From: Longimicrobiales bacterium
GTDB lineage: Bacteria > Gemmatimonadota > Gemmatimonadetes > Longimicrobiales > Gaopeijiaceae
DNA: 64,000 bases
Direction of reading: 5' to 3'
Assembly (NCBI GenBank): GCA_963664435.2
Contig: CAXXKM010000001.1
Span: 832,001-896,000, forward strand
The stretch's first letter is position 1. Each line of letters begins with the position of its first letter. The notes below the pieces were generated by a model, which saw nothing but the letters and a program-made list of their open reading frames with translations, was not told where the DNA came from and searched no databases. Below are positions 47,573 through 56,683 of this stretch, piece by piece. The translations under genes and the position numbers were made by a program.

Positions 47573-49045
47573 TCAGCGCCGAGAACCCGACCCGTCCGTC
47601 CGCACTGCGCCCGGCCCGCGGATCACGCCCTCATCCCCGACAACCTCGATGCTCGTGCCGAACGGCTCCGAGAGGGCGGCCAGGAGCGTAAGGATCCGCT
47701 GCGCGTCCTCGCCCGAAGCGGCCACCGGCCGGCCACGCTGCGGGCGCGGCAGCCCGTACCCCAGCACCGTCGGCACCAGCCGGATCTCGTACAGCTCTCC
47801 CTCCCGGAACTCCGAAAGCGCCACGACTCCGTCCCACCAGTAGTCCGCGGCGGGGCGCCCGCCCCCGGAGGCCACTTCCCTGCCATCGTAGAAATCGGAC
47901 GGCAGGCCGCGGAACGCGTCGACGTCATAGCGGGCATAGTTGTCCCAGGGCTGGAATGGCGGGGTCTCGTTCTGGAACAGGAAGTCATCCAGGGAATAGA
48001 AGATCGGCTTTTCCTGGTATATCTCGATGCCGCGAAGCACGTGCGGACCATGCGCGTAGAAGGCATCGGCACCAGCATCGATCGCGGCTCGCGCGAACGT
48101 CACCAGCGCATCCGCGGGCACGTAGCTGCTCTCGTTGCAGTCGTCCTGATAGAGGCCGAGGCAGCCCGGCTCGTCCCCGGCCCGACCGGGGATGTAGTTG
48201 TTGCCGCCGCCCTGGTGGGTGTGGCTGGTCACGACCACCCAGTTGGCCTGCCGGCGGGCGTCGCGGACGGTGGCCAGCAGCTCCTGCAGGTCGCCCTGGT
48301 GCGGGGTCGTGATGGTTCGATATCCATCGCCCGACTCGAAGTTGCCCTGGATTCCTCCGACTCCCTGAGCGCGCGCCTCTTCCAGGCTCTCGTAGACATC
48401 GCCCGGCACCACGTACGTCGTCTCGAAACGCATCGGCGCCAGCCCGGGCCGCCCACGCAGGTCCGGACGCTGATGGCCGGCCCTCATGTGCTCCGAGAAG
48501 CTCGAGGACACGGCGATGAGCGCCACCCGGCCATCCATCGTTTCCATGTACGCAGGCGCCCTCGCGAGCGCGAGATTCTCGCCCGAGCCCGCGACCTTGA
48601 TCCCCGCCGCGGCCAGGGCCCGCTGCGTCGAGCGCATCCCGCCCGCACCCCAGTCCATGGTGTGGTTGTTGGCGAGCCCCAGCATGTCCAGCCCCATCCA
48701 CGCCAGGTCCCTGGCCAGGTCCGGATGCCCGGCCATGTACGTGCCCCCGCTCTGGGCCGAGGGGATGATGTCGGGGCCGTACTCGTGCAGCAGCATCTCC
48801 ATGTTGCCGAAGCCGACGGTGCTCCCCCCAATCAGGTCCCGCAGCTTCAGGAACTCCGGCTCATCATAGGGCATCAAAGCCCGCGTGATGATGAGGTCCC
48901 CCACCATCGCCATGGTGATGTCCCCTTCCCCGTCGCGATGCTGCGCCTCGGCGGGCGAGGCCGTGAGCAGGGGCAGGATGAGAAAGGAGAGGCGGAGTGC
49001 GTGTCCTGCCTGGATCCCGATTCGGGCCGAAGTCGATCCGCGCAT
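47573..49045 (-). CDS. CapA/PGA_cap family metallophosphatase-like protein
   Basis: VGD, GNME, LANNHTMDWG, HTH, HGPHVLRGIEIY, FYSL. Confidence 0.9.
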   Translation of the reverse strand: MRGSTSARIGIQAGHALRLSFLILPLLTASPAEAQHRDGEGDITMAMVGDLIITRALMPYDEPEFLKLRDLIGGSTVGFGNMEMLLHEYGPDIIPSAQSGGTYMAGHPDLARDLAWMGLDMLGLANNHTMDWGAGGMRSTQRALAAAGIKVAGSGENLALARAPAYMETMDGRVALIAVSSSFSEHMRAGHQRPDLRGRPGLAPMRFETTYVVPGDVYESLEEARAQGVGGIQGNFESGDGYRTITTPHQGDLQELLATVRDARRQANWVVVTSHTHQGGGNNYIPGRAGDEPGCLGLYQDDCNESSYVPADALVTFARAAIDAGADAFYAHGPHVLRGIEIYQEKPIFYSLDDFLFQNETPPFQPWDNYARYDVDAFRGLPSDFYDGREVASGGGRPAADYWWDGVVALSEFREGELYEIRLVPTVLGYGLPRPQRGRPVAASGEDAQRILTLLAALSEPFGTSIEVVGDEGVIRGPGAVRTDGSGSRR

Positions 49046-49225
49046 GTTCACCTCCTGCCGCGGGAAAGAGCCGACTTGCAACAGTCAGATTACGGCGCGG
49101 CGGGACGCGGCGGCAAGGGGGTTGGCGACAGACGCGGGACGACCATTGCGGCCTGGCTCGTCGCGTATCGCAACCGCACGGTCAGGTGCTAGGTTAAGGC
49201 ATCTGTCCCGCCTCCGGAGGATCCC

Positions 49226-49609
49226 ATGCGGTATCTCATCCTCTCCCTCCTTCTCGTATTCTCCCTCGAAGGCTGCGCATCCACGGGCAGCGGCCCCGGC
49301 ACCTCCCGCAACCTCATCACCCGCGCGCAGATCGAGGAATCGCAGGCGATCACGGCGTACGACGTCATCCGCGCACTGCATCCCCAGTGGCTTCGGGCCC
49401 GGGGTCAGACGGTGGGCCTCGCGAACGCGACGCCGGTAACTCCGACGGTCTTCATGGACGGCACCCGCATGGGTGAGCTGGACGTCCTGAACGCGTACCA
49501 GGTGCGCGACATCGAGGAGATCCGCTATCTCGATCCGGGCCGGGCCGCGAGTCGGTATGGGATGGGGTATCCGAGGGGCATCATCGAGATCATTTCGCTC
49601 AGGCGATGA
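49226..49609 (+). CDS. Small lipoprotein with TonB-receptor plug-like domain only
   Basis: Lipobox LEGC; LITRAQI, TAYDVIRALHPQWL, VFMDG, IEEIRYL...RYG...GIIEI. Confidence 0.8.
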   Translation: MRYLILSLLLVFSLEGCASTGSGPGTSRNLITRAQIEESQAITAYDVIRALHPQWLRARGQTVGLANATPVTPTVFMDGTRMGELDVLNAYQVRDIEEIRYLDPGRAASRYGMGYPRGIIEIISLRR

Positions 49610-49636
49610 ACGGTTTCGTGCCGGACCTGACGACCA

Positions 49637-50866
49637 GTGCCTGATTCCAGGTCCGTCCGCGGGCTGGCGAGTGGTCCTGGCCGGCGGCCGGCGCGGTCCG
49701 GGTGCGCCGCCATCCCCGCGAGGCGGGCAGACGGTCGGTCGAACTGGAGCATCGCGGGCATCCTCACCGCATGCGCCATCCTCACCGCGTGCGGCATCTT
49801 CGACGCGACCTCGCCGTTCGACGGCGACGGCAGCAACATTCCGCCCGTGCCCGAGGACTCCTTCTGCAGCATTCCCGAGGAACTGGTCGTCTCCGGGGGC
49901 GTGGGCCGGGACGGCATCCCGGCTCTCCGCAACCCGTCGCTGGTGCCCAGCCACCACGCCGAGGCCACCTACCTCGGGGAGGCCGACCGGGTGATCGGGA
50001 TCGAGGCCGACGGGCGCTTCATCGCGGTGCCGCACAACATCCTCTGGTGGCACGAGATCGTGAACCTCGACGACTTCGGGAGCCCCATCGCCGTCACCTA
50101 CTGTCCCCTCACCGGGTCGAGCATGGTCTTCGACCGCTCTGCCATCGAGGGTGCCGACCTGGGCGTGTCGGGCCTCCTGTTCCACAACAACCTGATGATG
50201 TTCAACCGCCGCAGCGACGGGACCCAGGAATCACTCTTCCCGCAGATGCTGCGGAGTGCTCGATGTGGTCCGCTGGACGGCCAGCCGCTCGAGTTGCTTC
50301 CGTCGATGGAGATGCGGTGGAACGCCTGGAAGGACCTGCACCCCGAGACCCTGGTTGTCTCGGGTATCCGGGCCCGCGGCGGGGACTACGAGAACTACCC
50401 CTACGCCGACTACGAAGTGGTCGACAACAGCCAAACCCTGTTCCCGAACCCCGAGTTCGACACCCGGCGGCCCCCCAAGGAGCGCGTTCTCGGTATTCCG
50501 CGCGACAACGGGCACGGCATGGCCTATCCGTTCATCGTGCTCGAGAGCAGGGGCGATGTCGTGGTGGTGCACGACGACGTGCAGGGGACTCAGCCGGTGG
50601 TGGTGTTCTGGTCCAGCCAGGCCCAGGCGGCGATGGCCTACGAGCCAATGGTCAACGGCCGAGACCTTGCCTTCGAGGTCCGCGACGGCGGGTTCTTCGA
50701 TGTGCAGACCGGCAGCAGATGGACCCTCGGGGGTCGTGCCGCCGACGGGCCTCTCGAGGGCTCGGCGCTCCAGCCGGTGCGCGACGCCTACGTGGCGTTC
50801 TGGTTCGCGTGGGCGACCTTTCACCCGAACACCGAGGTCCTGTCAGGCCCGCTCAGGATCTCCTGA
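49637..50866 (+). CDS. DUF3179 domain lipoprotein
   Basis: GGVGRDGIPAL, HEIVN, TYCPLTGS, GVSGLL, FWFAWATFHP. Start uncertain. Confidence 0.9.
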   Translation: MPDSRSVRGLASGPGRRPARSGCAAIPARRADGRSNWSIAGILTACAILTACGIFDATSPFDGDGSNIPPVPEDSFCSIPEELVVSGGVGRDGIPALRNPSLVPSHHAEATYLGEADRVIGIEADGRFIAVPHNILWWHEIVNLDDFGSPIAVTYCPLTGSSMVFDRSAIEGADLGVSGLLFHNNLMMFNRRSDGTQESLFPQMLRSARCGPLDGQPLELLPSMEMRWNAWKDLHPETLVVSGIRARGGDYENYPYADYEVVDNSQTLFPNPEFDTRRPPKERVLGIPRDNGHGMAYPFIVLESRGDVVVVHDDVQGTQPVVVFWSSQAQAAMAYEPMVNGRDLAFEVRDGGFFDVQTGSRWTLGGRAADGPLEGSALQPVRDAYVAFWFAWATFHPNTEVLSGPLRIS

Positions 50867-50877
50867 CGGAGCACACG

Positions 50878-52875
50878 ATGCTGAGGTTCGCCGAGGAACT
50901 TCTGGTTCTCGTGCTGGACGAAGGCCGTGGCGATTTCGCCCCGAGCCTGCCCTCCCGGTCGCTCAATCTGGCGCTCGCCGGAGCCGTGCTGATGGACCTC
51001 GCGCTCGAGGACCGCATCGACACGGATCTCGACCGGCTCATGCTGATCGACTCAACGCCGCTCGGTGACGATATCCTCGACCCGACGCTGGCCGAGATCG
51101 CGCGCGATGGCCGGTCGCGAGACACGGCATACTGGCTCGGGCGGACCGCCGGGCGGGGGGACCGCATCCGGCGCGCCGCGCTCGCCCGCCTCATCAAGCG
51201 CGGTATTCTGAGATCCGAGGCGCAGGGGCTGCTGTCCCTGGTTCCCGCCGTGTCCCGGTCGCGTCGCTATCCCGCCGCCGACGGGCAGCCGGTCGAAGAG
51301 GCCAGGCTGCGCGTGATGCGGATCCTGTTCAGCGACGATGTTCCGGACCCGCGCGACATCGCGATCATCGCTCTCGCAAACGCCTGCGGCGTGTTCCGCA
51401 CGATTCTGTCGCCGGAGGAGCGGGCGCAGGTCCGGGATCGCATCGATCTGCTGAAGAATCTCGACCTGATCGGCCGGACGACGAGCCTGGCGATCGAAGG
51501 ACTCGAGGCGTCCGACGAGCCATCTCCGGAGCGTCGGCGATCGACGGAGATACCGGTGGTGCCGGGCCTTCCGTGGCTCGGAAACGGCCTGGCCATGCGG
51601 AAGGGACTCGTGACCTTCCTCGCCCGCCAGTACCGCGAACTGGGCCCGATCTTCAGGATACGCGCCCCGGGACGCCGGTTCGTGTGCATCGCGGGGCCGG
51701 AAGCGGCCAATTTCCTGACCTCGCACGGGAAGACCGTCTTCCGGTCGCTCGAGCCGATGGCGAACTTTCACAACCAGATGGGCTCGTCGCGCTCGATCCT
51801 GACCATGGACGGGATCGATCACGTCACGACGCGGAAGGCCCAGGCCAGGGGATACGCGGTCCGGGTCATGAGGGACCGGTCACAGGAGGTCGTCGACATC
51901 ACCCGCGACGAGATCCACAGGTGGCCGGTGCGGGCACCGTTCGAGGCGTTGCCGGCGTTCCAGCGCGTGATCGCCGAGCAGATGGGCCACATGATGGCGG
52001 GCTATTCGCCGCAGGGTTACACGCACGATCTGTCCACGCTCCTCGGCGGGCTGCTCCTCAGCGGCGCGACGATGCCGCACATCATGAAGCTCCCGCGCTT
52101 CCGCCGCGCCCGCGAACGAGGCCGGGAGCTGGCCCGGGCGGTCCTCGCGCACAAGCGCGAAGTGGGTCCGCGCAGATCGACGCCGGACTTCATCGACCTG
52201 ATGCTCGAGCTGCGCGACGCCGATCCCCAGCTTCTTCCCGAGACCAACCTGCCCCTGACGCTGCTCGCGCCCTATATGGTCGGACTGGATACTACGGCGA
52301 GCACGTGTTCGTTCATGATCTACAACGTGCTGAAGCGCCCGCAGCTCATGGAGCGCATGACCGCCGAGGCGGACGCCCTGTTCGATCGGGGCCGCGTGAG
52401 CGGCGAGGCCCTGAAGGAGCTCGACGTCTCGCGCCGCGTGGCGATGGAGACGCTGCGGCTTCATCCGGTCTCGCCCGCCGTGCTTCGGACGACCTCCAAC
52501 TCCTTCGAGTTCGCGGGTCACAGGGTATCCGCGGGCACCCAGGTCATGATCGGTACGGCGGTCGGGCACACGCTCGAGGAATACTTTCCCGACCCGGAGC
52601 GTTTCGACATCGACCGCTACACGCCGGCTCGCGGCGAACACCGGCAGCGCGGCGCCTACGTCCCCTTCGGGGCCGGCAACCACCGGTGTCTCGGCAGCGG
52701 TCTTGTCCCGGCCCAGCTCGGCCTCACCATGGCCACGATACTGAGGGAGCTCGTGCTGGAGCCGCTCGCGCCCGACCATGCGCTGCGCGTGAGATCGTTC
52801 CCGACCATGCAGCCGATAGGCTTCAGAATCCGCGTCCTGCGCCGACGCGCACACAACGTCCCGACGACGAGATAG
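50878..52875 (+). CDS. GPP34/GOLPH3-domain - cytochrome P450 fusion
   Basis: N-terminal LRFAEELLVLVLD...LAGAVLMDLALEDRI...LARLIKRGIL...PDPRDIAIIALA; C-terminal VGLDTTA, ETLR, DPERF, FGAGNHRCLG; one uninterrupted frame. Confidence 0.88.
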   Translation: MLRFAEELLVLVLDEGRGDFAPSLPSRSLNLALAGAVLMDLALEDRIDTDLDRLMLIDSTPLGDDILDPTLAEIARDGRSRDTAYWLGRTAGRGDRIRRAALARLIKRGILRSEAQGLLSLVPAVSRSRRYPAADGQPVEEARLRVMRILFSDDVPDPRDIAIIALANACGVFRTILSPEERAQVRDRIDLLKNLDLIGRTTSLAIEGLEASDEPSPERRRSTEIPVVPGLPWLGNGLAMRKGLVTFLARQYRELGPIFRIRAPGRRFVCIAGPEAANFLTSHGKTVFRSLEPMANFHNQMGSSRSILTMDGIDHVTTRKAQARGYAVRVMRDRSQEVVDITRDEIHRWPVRAPFEALPAFQRVIAEQMGHMMAGYSPQGYTHDLSTLLGGLLLSGATMPHIMKLPRFRRARERGRELARAVLAHKREVGPRRSTPDFIDLMLELRDADPQLLPETNLPLTLLAPYMVGLDTTASTCSFMIYNVLKRPQLMERMTAEADALFDRGRVSGEALKELDVSRRVAMETLRLHPVSPAVLRTTSNSFEFAGHRVSAGTQVMIGTAVGHTLEEYFPDPERFDIDRYTPARGEHRQRGAYVPFGAGNHRCLGSGLVPAQLGLTMATILRELVLEPLAPDHALRVRSFPTMQPIGFRIRVLRRRAHNVPTTR

Positions 52876-52880
52876 ACCCC

Positions 52881-54152
52881 GTGAGCGGCGCTCGCCCGCG
52901 GGTCAGCCTCCCGCGGTATCACTCCCTCGACCGGCTGCGCGCATCCATGATGCTGCTCGGGGTGGTTCGTCACGCCGCGGTGAGCTACGTGCCCGTCGTC
53001 TTCTTCGAATGGCCCTACCGGGACCCCCAGGCCGACATGCTCGCCTACTGGCTGGTCCTCTTCATCCGAGTGTTCAACCTGCCGGTCTTCTTCGCGATTG
53101 CGGGGTTCTTTGCCGCGTACCTGATCGAGACGCGCGGCACCCGTGTATTCCTCCGGCATCGATGGAGCCGGATCGGGGTGCCGTTCCTGGTGGCCTGGCC
53201 CGTCCTGGCGGTCACGATGTTCCTCATCGTGCCGTTCGCCGCCCGCTTCAGCTCCGCGCCGCCGAACGCCGCCTACAGCCTTGTCGAGTTGACCTCTCCC
53301 AGGGCTCTGGACCACCTGTTCATGCACCTGTGGTTCCTCTACCACCTGTTGATTCTCTGCCTGGTCGCGAGCGCACTGCGCCCGCTGGCCGCCCGGATTC
53401 CCGCAGACGTGCGCGCCCGGGCGATGGATCTCTTCGAGCGCTGGGTGCACCGTGGAGGCATCGCGGTGCTGATTGTGACCGCGGGCCTCATACTGTACCG
53501 GATGGAGTCGTGGGCGATCGACTACTACGCCGGTCCGTTTCCCGCCCTGCGCCAGCTGGCGCTGTACGGCCTGTTCTTCGGATTCGGGTGGATGCTGTTT
53601 CGCAGGCGCGAGACGCTTGAGGGCTTCAGGAGTCCCGCCTGGGTTCTCCTTGCGGCCGGGGTCCTGTGCTTCTTCGTGTACCGGCACTTGTTCGAAGTCA
53701 ATTGCCCTCCCAGGCCGGACAGGATGTGCACGGGCATTGACGAGGGACGTCACCTGTCGGCGGTCGTCTTCCTCGCGCTTTCCATGTGGTTCATGGCATA
53801 TGGCCTGATCGGACTCTTCCTGCGCTACATGGACAGGCCGAGCCGGCGCTGGCGGTACATGGCGGACGCCTCGTACTGGATCTACATCGTCCACGTGCCG
53901 TTCGTCATGCTGCTGCCCCTTCTCCTGGCGAGCGTTCCGCTGCCCGCGATCCTCAAGCTGGCGCTGGTCTCGGTCACGGCGATCGGCCTGATCCTGTTGA
54001 CCTACAAGTACTTCGTACGGCCGACATTCATCGGCAAGCAACTGAACGGACACCGTTACTCTCGAGGCGCGGCCTCCTCTCCCTCGGAACCCTCGAGGTG
54101 CCGGCGCGGACGCCCGAACGATCTTCAGCGAGAACCTGCGGGCATGAAATAG
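52881..54152 (+). CDS. Acyltransferase family 3 (OpgC/MdoC-like) membrane protein
   Basis: RYHSLDRLRASMMLLGVVRH, LPVFFAIAGFF, HLWFLYHL, DASYWIYIVH. Confidence 0.92.
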   Translation: MSGARPRVSLPRYHSLDRLRASMMLLGVVRHAAVSYVPVVFFEWPYRDPQADMLAYWLVLFIRVFNLPVFFAIAGFFAAYLIETRGTRVFLRHRWSRIGVPFLVAWPVLAVTMFLIVPFAARFSSAPPNAAYSLVELTSPRALDHLFMHLWFLYHLLILCLVASALRPLAARIPADVRARAMDLFERWVHRGGIAVLIVTAGLILYRMESWAIDYYAGPFPALRQLALYGLFFGFGWMLFRRRETLEGFRSPAWVLLAAGVLCFFVYRHLFEVNCPPRPDRMCTGIDEGRHLSAVVFLALSMWFMAYGLIGLFLRYMDRPSRRWRYMADASYWIYIVHVPFVMLLPLLLASVPLPAILKLALVSVTAIGLILLTYKYFVRPTFIGKQLNGHRYSRGAASSPSEPSRCRRGRPNDLQREPAGMK

Positions 54153-56488
54153 CCAACCCCGCGCTCGTTGCATATGTAGGCCGGGTTGGCCGCATCGTCT
54201 CCCAGCTTGCGACGCAGCCGCTTTACGACGGCCCGCACGAGCTTGGGGTCCGGCGCGCGTCGATCTCCCTTGCGCCACGCCTGGCGCAGCAGCGACTCGT
54301 GTGTCAGCACCCGCCCCACGTTGACCGACAGCACGCGCAGCAACTCGTACTCGGTGGGGGTCAGTTGCACCGACCGGCCGGCAACCGCGACGTGCCGCTG
54401 GTCGTACCGAATGGCCAGTTGCCCCAGGAGGAAGGGCTCGGGCCCGGCTACACGCCGCAGGGCGGCCCGCACTCTGGCCGTCAACTCCGATGGAGAGAAC
54501 GGCTTGACGATGTAGTCGGCCGCGCCCGCATCGAGCGCCCTGACGATCGTCTCGTCCCGGCCGTAGGCCGAGATGAAGATGACGGGCAGGTCGCTCAGTT
54601 CCGGAACCCGCTCCATCAACGCGATGCCGTCGGTCCCGGGCAGCAGCAGGTCCAGCAGGACCAACCCGGGCTTGTGCATCGCGACGAGGTTGGCCACCTC
54701 CTCCGCGTCCCCGGTCACTACCGGGGCGAAGCCCGCCTCGGTGAGCGCGTCTCGAAGGTACCGCAGTATCAGGGGATCGTCGTCTACCACCAGGATGCGC
54801 GTCTTCTCCTCCCTTTGCCCAGCCGCGCCCGGGCCAGCCGATGCGAGACCTTCAGAGGCGGTTTCCGGCTCCTCGGCCAAGGGCAGCGTAAAGGTGAACC
54901 TCGTGCCTTGTCCCACACCTCCGCTTTCGGCCCGGATTCGCCCCCCGTGCGCCTCCACCAGTCCCTTGCAGATGGTCAGGCCGAGCCCGGCACTCGCCCC
55001 GCCTCGCTCCCGGTCGCCGCCGACCGGCGCGGCGTACTTGCGGAACAGGTGGGGCAGTCGGTCCGGCGGCACGCCACGGCCCCTGTCGCTCACCGAGATC
55101 GCCACATGCACGCCTTCGCGCCTCGCGTCGATCCGGATGGGCGACGATTCGGGAGAGTACTTCGCCGCGTTGGACAAGAGGTTGCTCAGGACTTGAACAA
55201 TGCGCGTCCGGTCCGCCATCACCCGCGGCAGGTCTTCCGGCAGGTCGATGTCGAGGTCGTGCCTTCCCGTGCCGCTCACGAACGTGCTCCGCGCCTGGTC
55301 AACGAGAGCTGCGACGTGCGCCGGCTCGGGCGACACCGACAGCGTGCCCGTCACGATGCGCCCGTGGTCGAGCAACTCGCCGATCAGGCCGCGCATCCGG
55401 TCGGCCTGGTCGTCGATGACCCGGAAGAACTGCAGCATCTCAGCCGGGTCCGGCGCCGGCGAGGCGCCCAACACGGTTGCCGTGGAGCCCTTGATCGAGA
55501 TGAGCGGTGTTCGCAACTCGTGGCTCACGATGCCAAGGAACTCTGCGCGCATGCGCTCCAGTTCCTCCAGCGGCTCCAGATCCTGCAGCGTGACCACGAC
55601 CGACACGACCGTGCCGTCGTCCGCCTGGATCGGCGTCGAGTTGACCAGGCTGGTCACGCTCCGGCCATCGGGGACCGAGAGCGTGATTTCCTCGGCGCGC
55701 ACGGTCTCGGGCGTCCCCAACAGCTGCGCCAGCGGAAACTCCGCCAGGGCAACCGCCCGCCCGTCCGCGCGGTGACAGGTGATCGCTTCCAGCAGTTCCA
55801 ACGGAGTGGACCCGGACATGTTCAGCGCGTCGACGATCCGGCGCGCCTCCCGGTTGAACGACATCGGCTCGCCGGTTCGCCCGTCGAAGACCACAACGCC
55901 GACCGGTGAAGTCTCGATCAGGGTCTCCAGGTCCGCCCGCGCCCTGCGTTCCTCCCGGTGCGCGCGAGCGTTGGCGATCGCGGTCGCCGCCTGGGCGGCG
56001 AACAGCGTCAACACCTCCTCGTTGTCGGTGTTGAACTCCTGACCGTCCTCCTTTTCGGCGAGGAAGAAGTTGCCGACGTTAAGGTCGCGGTGTCGCAGCG
56101 GTGCCCCCACCATCGCCCTCGACTCCATCACCTCCGAAGAGAGGCCCAGCGCGCGGACATAGGCGGTCAGATCCGCCACGCGAACGGGCGCCGCAAGACC
56201 CCTGAAGTGCTCGAAGAGCCGTGGGCCGTCCGGCCAGGCGATCAGCTCTTCCTTCTCGGCCGGCGTGAAGCCGGAAAGCACGAATTCCCCGGGCTTTCCA
56301 GCCCCGTCGACGGTGGCGATCACGCCGTAGCGCGCCCCGGTCAACGCACGCGCGCTCTCGACGACCTCCTGCAGCACGGTGTCGAGGTCCAGGCTGCTGT
56401 TTGCGCGCAGCACGGCAGCGCTCAACCTGGACACGCGCTCCCGAAGCGCCTCGATCTCTCTCCTCAACTCGACAGAATCGCCCGCCAT
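54125..56488 (-). CDS. Hybrid sensor kinase / response regulator: GAF-PAS-HisKA-HATPase-REC-wHTH
   Basis: SHELRTPL, NLLSNAAKY, DRGRG, GLGL; receiver LVVDDD...LLDL...KPF; OmpR-type LTPTEY...LRRKL...NERGVGY. Confidence 0.93.
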   Translation of the reverse strand: MAGDSVELRREIEALRERVSRLSAAVLRANSSLDLDTVLQEVVESARALTGARYGVIATVDGAGKPGEFVLSGFTPAEKEELIAWPDGPRLFEHFRGLAAPVRVADLTAYVRALGLSSEVMESRAMVGAPLRHRDLNVGNFFLAEKEDGQEFNTDNEEVLTLFAAQAATAIANARAHREERRARADLETLIETSPVGVVVFDGRTGEPMSFNREARRIVDALNMSGSTPLELLEAITCHRADGRAVALAEFPLAQLLGTPETVRAEEITLSVPDGRSVTSLVNSTPIQADDGTVVSVVVTLQDLEPLEELERMRAEFLGIVSHELRTPLISIKGSTATVLGASPAPDPAEMLQFFRVIDDQADRMRGLIGELLDHGRIVTGTLSVSPEPAHVAALVDQARSTFVSGTGRHDLDIDLPEDLPRVMADRTRIVQVLSNLLSNAAKYSPESSPIRIDARREGVHVAISVSDRGRGVPPDRLPHLFRKYAAPVGGDRERGGASAGLGLTICKGLVEAHGGRIRAESGGVGQGTRFTFTLPLAEEPETASEGLASAGPGAAGQREEKTRILVVDDDPLILRYLRDALTEAGFAPVVTGDAEEVANLVAMHKPGLVLLDLLLPGTDGIALMERVPELSDLPVIFISAYGRDETIVRALDAGAADYIVKPFSPSELTARVRAALRRVAGPEPFLLGQLAIRYDQRHVAVAGRSVQLTPTEYELLRVLSVNVGRVLTHESLLRQAWRKGDRRAPDPKLVRAVVKRLRRKLGDDAANPAYICNERGVGYFMPAGSR

Positions 56489-56642
56489 TATTTCACCCCG
56501 TCCGAACCGGAGAACCCCGCGCGGAAATGCGCCCGGATGCGGGCCGTCCCGCTATCGCTCACTTGTCACGAAAGTATATCAGACTCGTCGCGCGACAAGC
56601 GAGGGGAGGGGTTGGTTGGGCTTCGCGACCGGGCCGCGCAAC

Positions 56643-56675
56643 GCCCCAACCCTGACGCTACGTCAGGGTTGGGGC
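56643..56675 (-). terminator. Hairpin downstream of susD
   Basis: GCCCCAACCCTGACG-CTA-CGTCAGGGTTGGGGC perfect 15-bp stem. Confidence 0.75.
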
Positions 56676-56683
56676 TGTTCCGC

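Noticed and set aside
47573..49045. Poly-gamma-glutamate capsule locus
   Set aside because: Only a lone CapA-family gene; no capB/capC neighbours.
49637..50866. Second selenoprotein in DUF3179
   Set aside because: No in-frame TGA; the motif is Cys-encoded (YCPLTG).
49702..50877. Apparent larger 1057-aa P450 fusion
   Set aside because: The first part is an R/P/G-rich off-frame read of DUF3179; the true start is ATG 50878 after GGAG.
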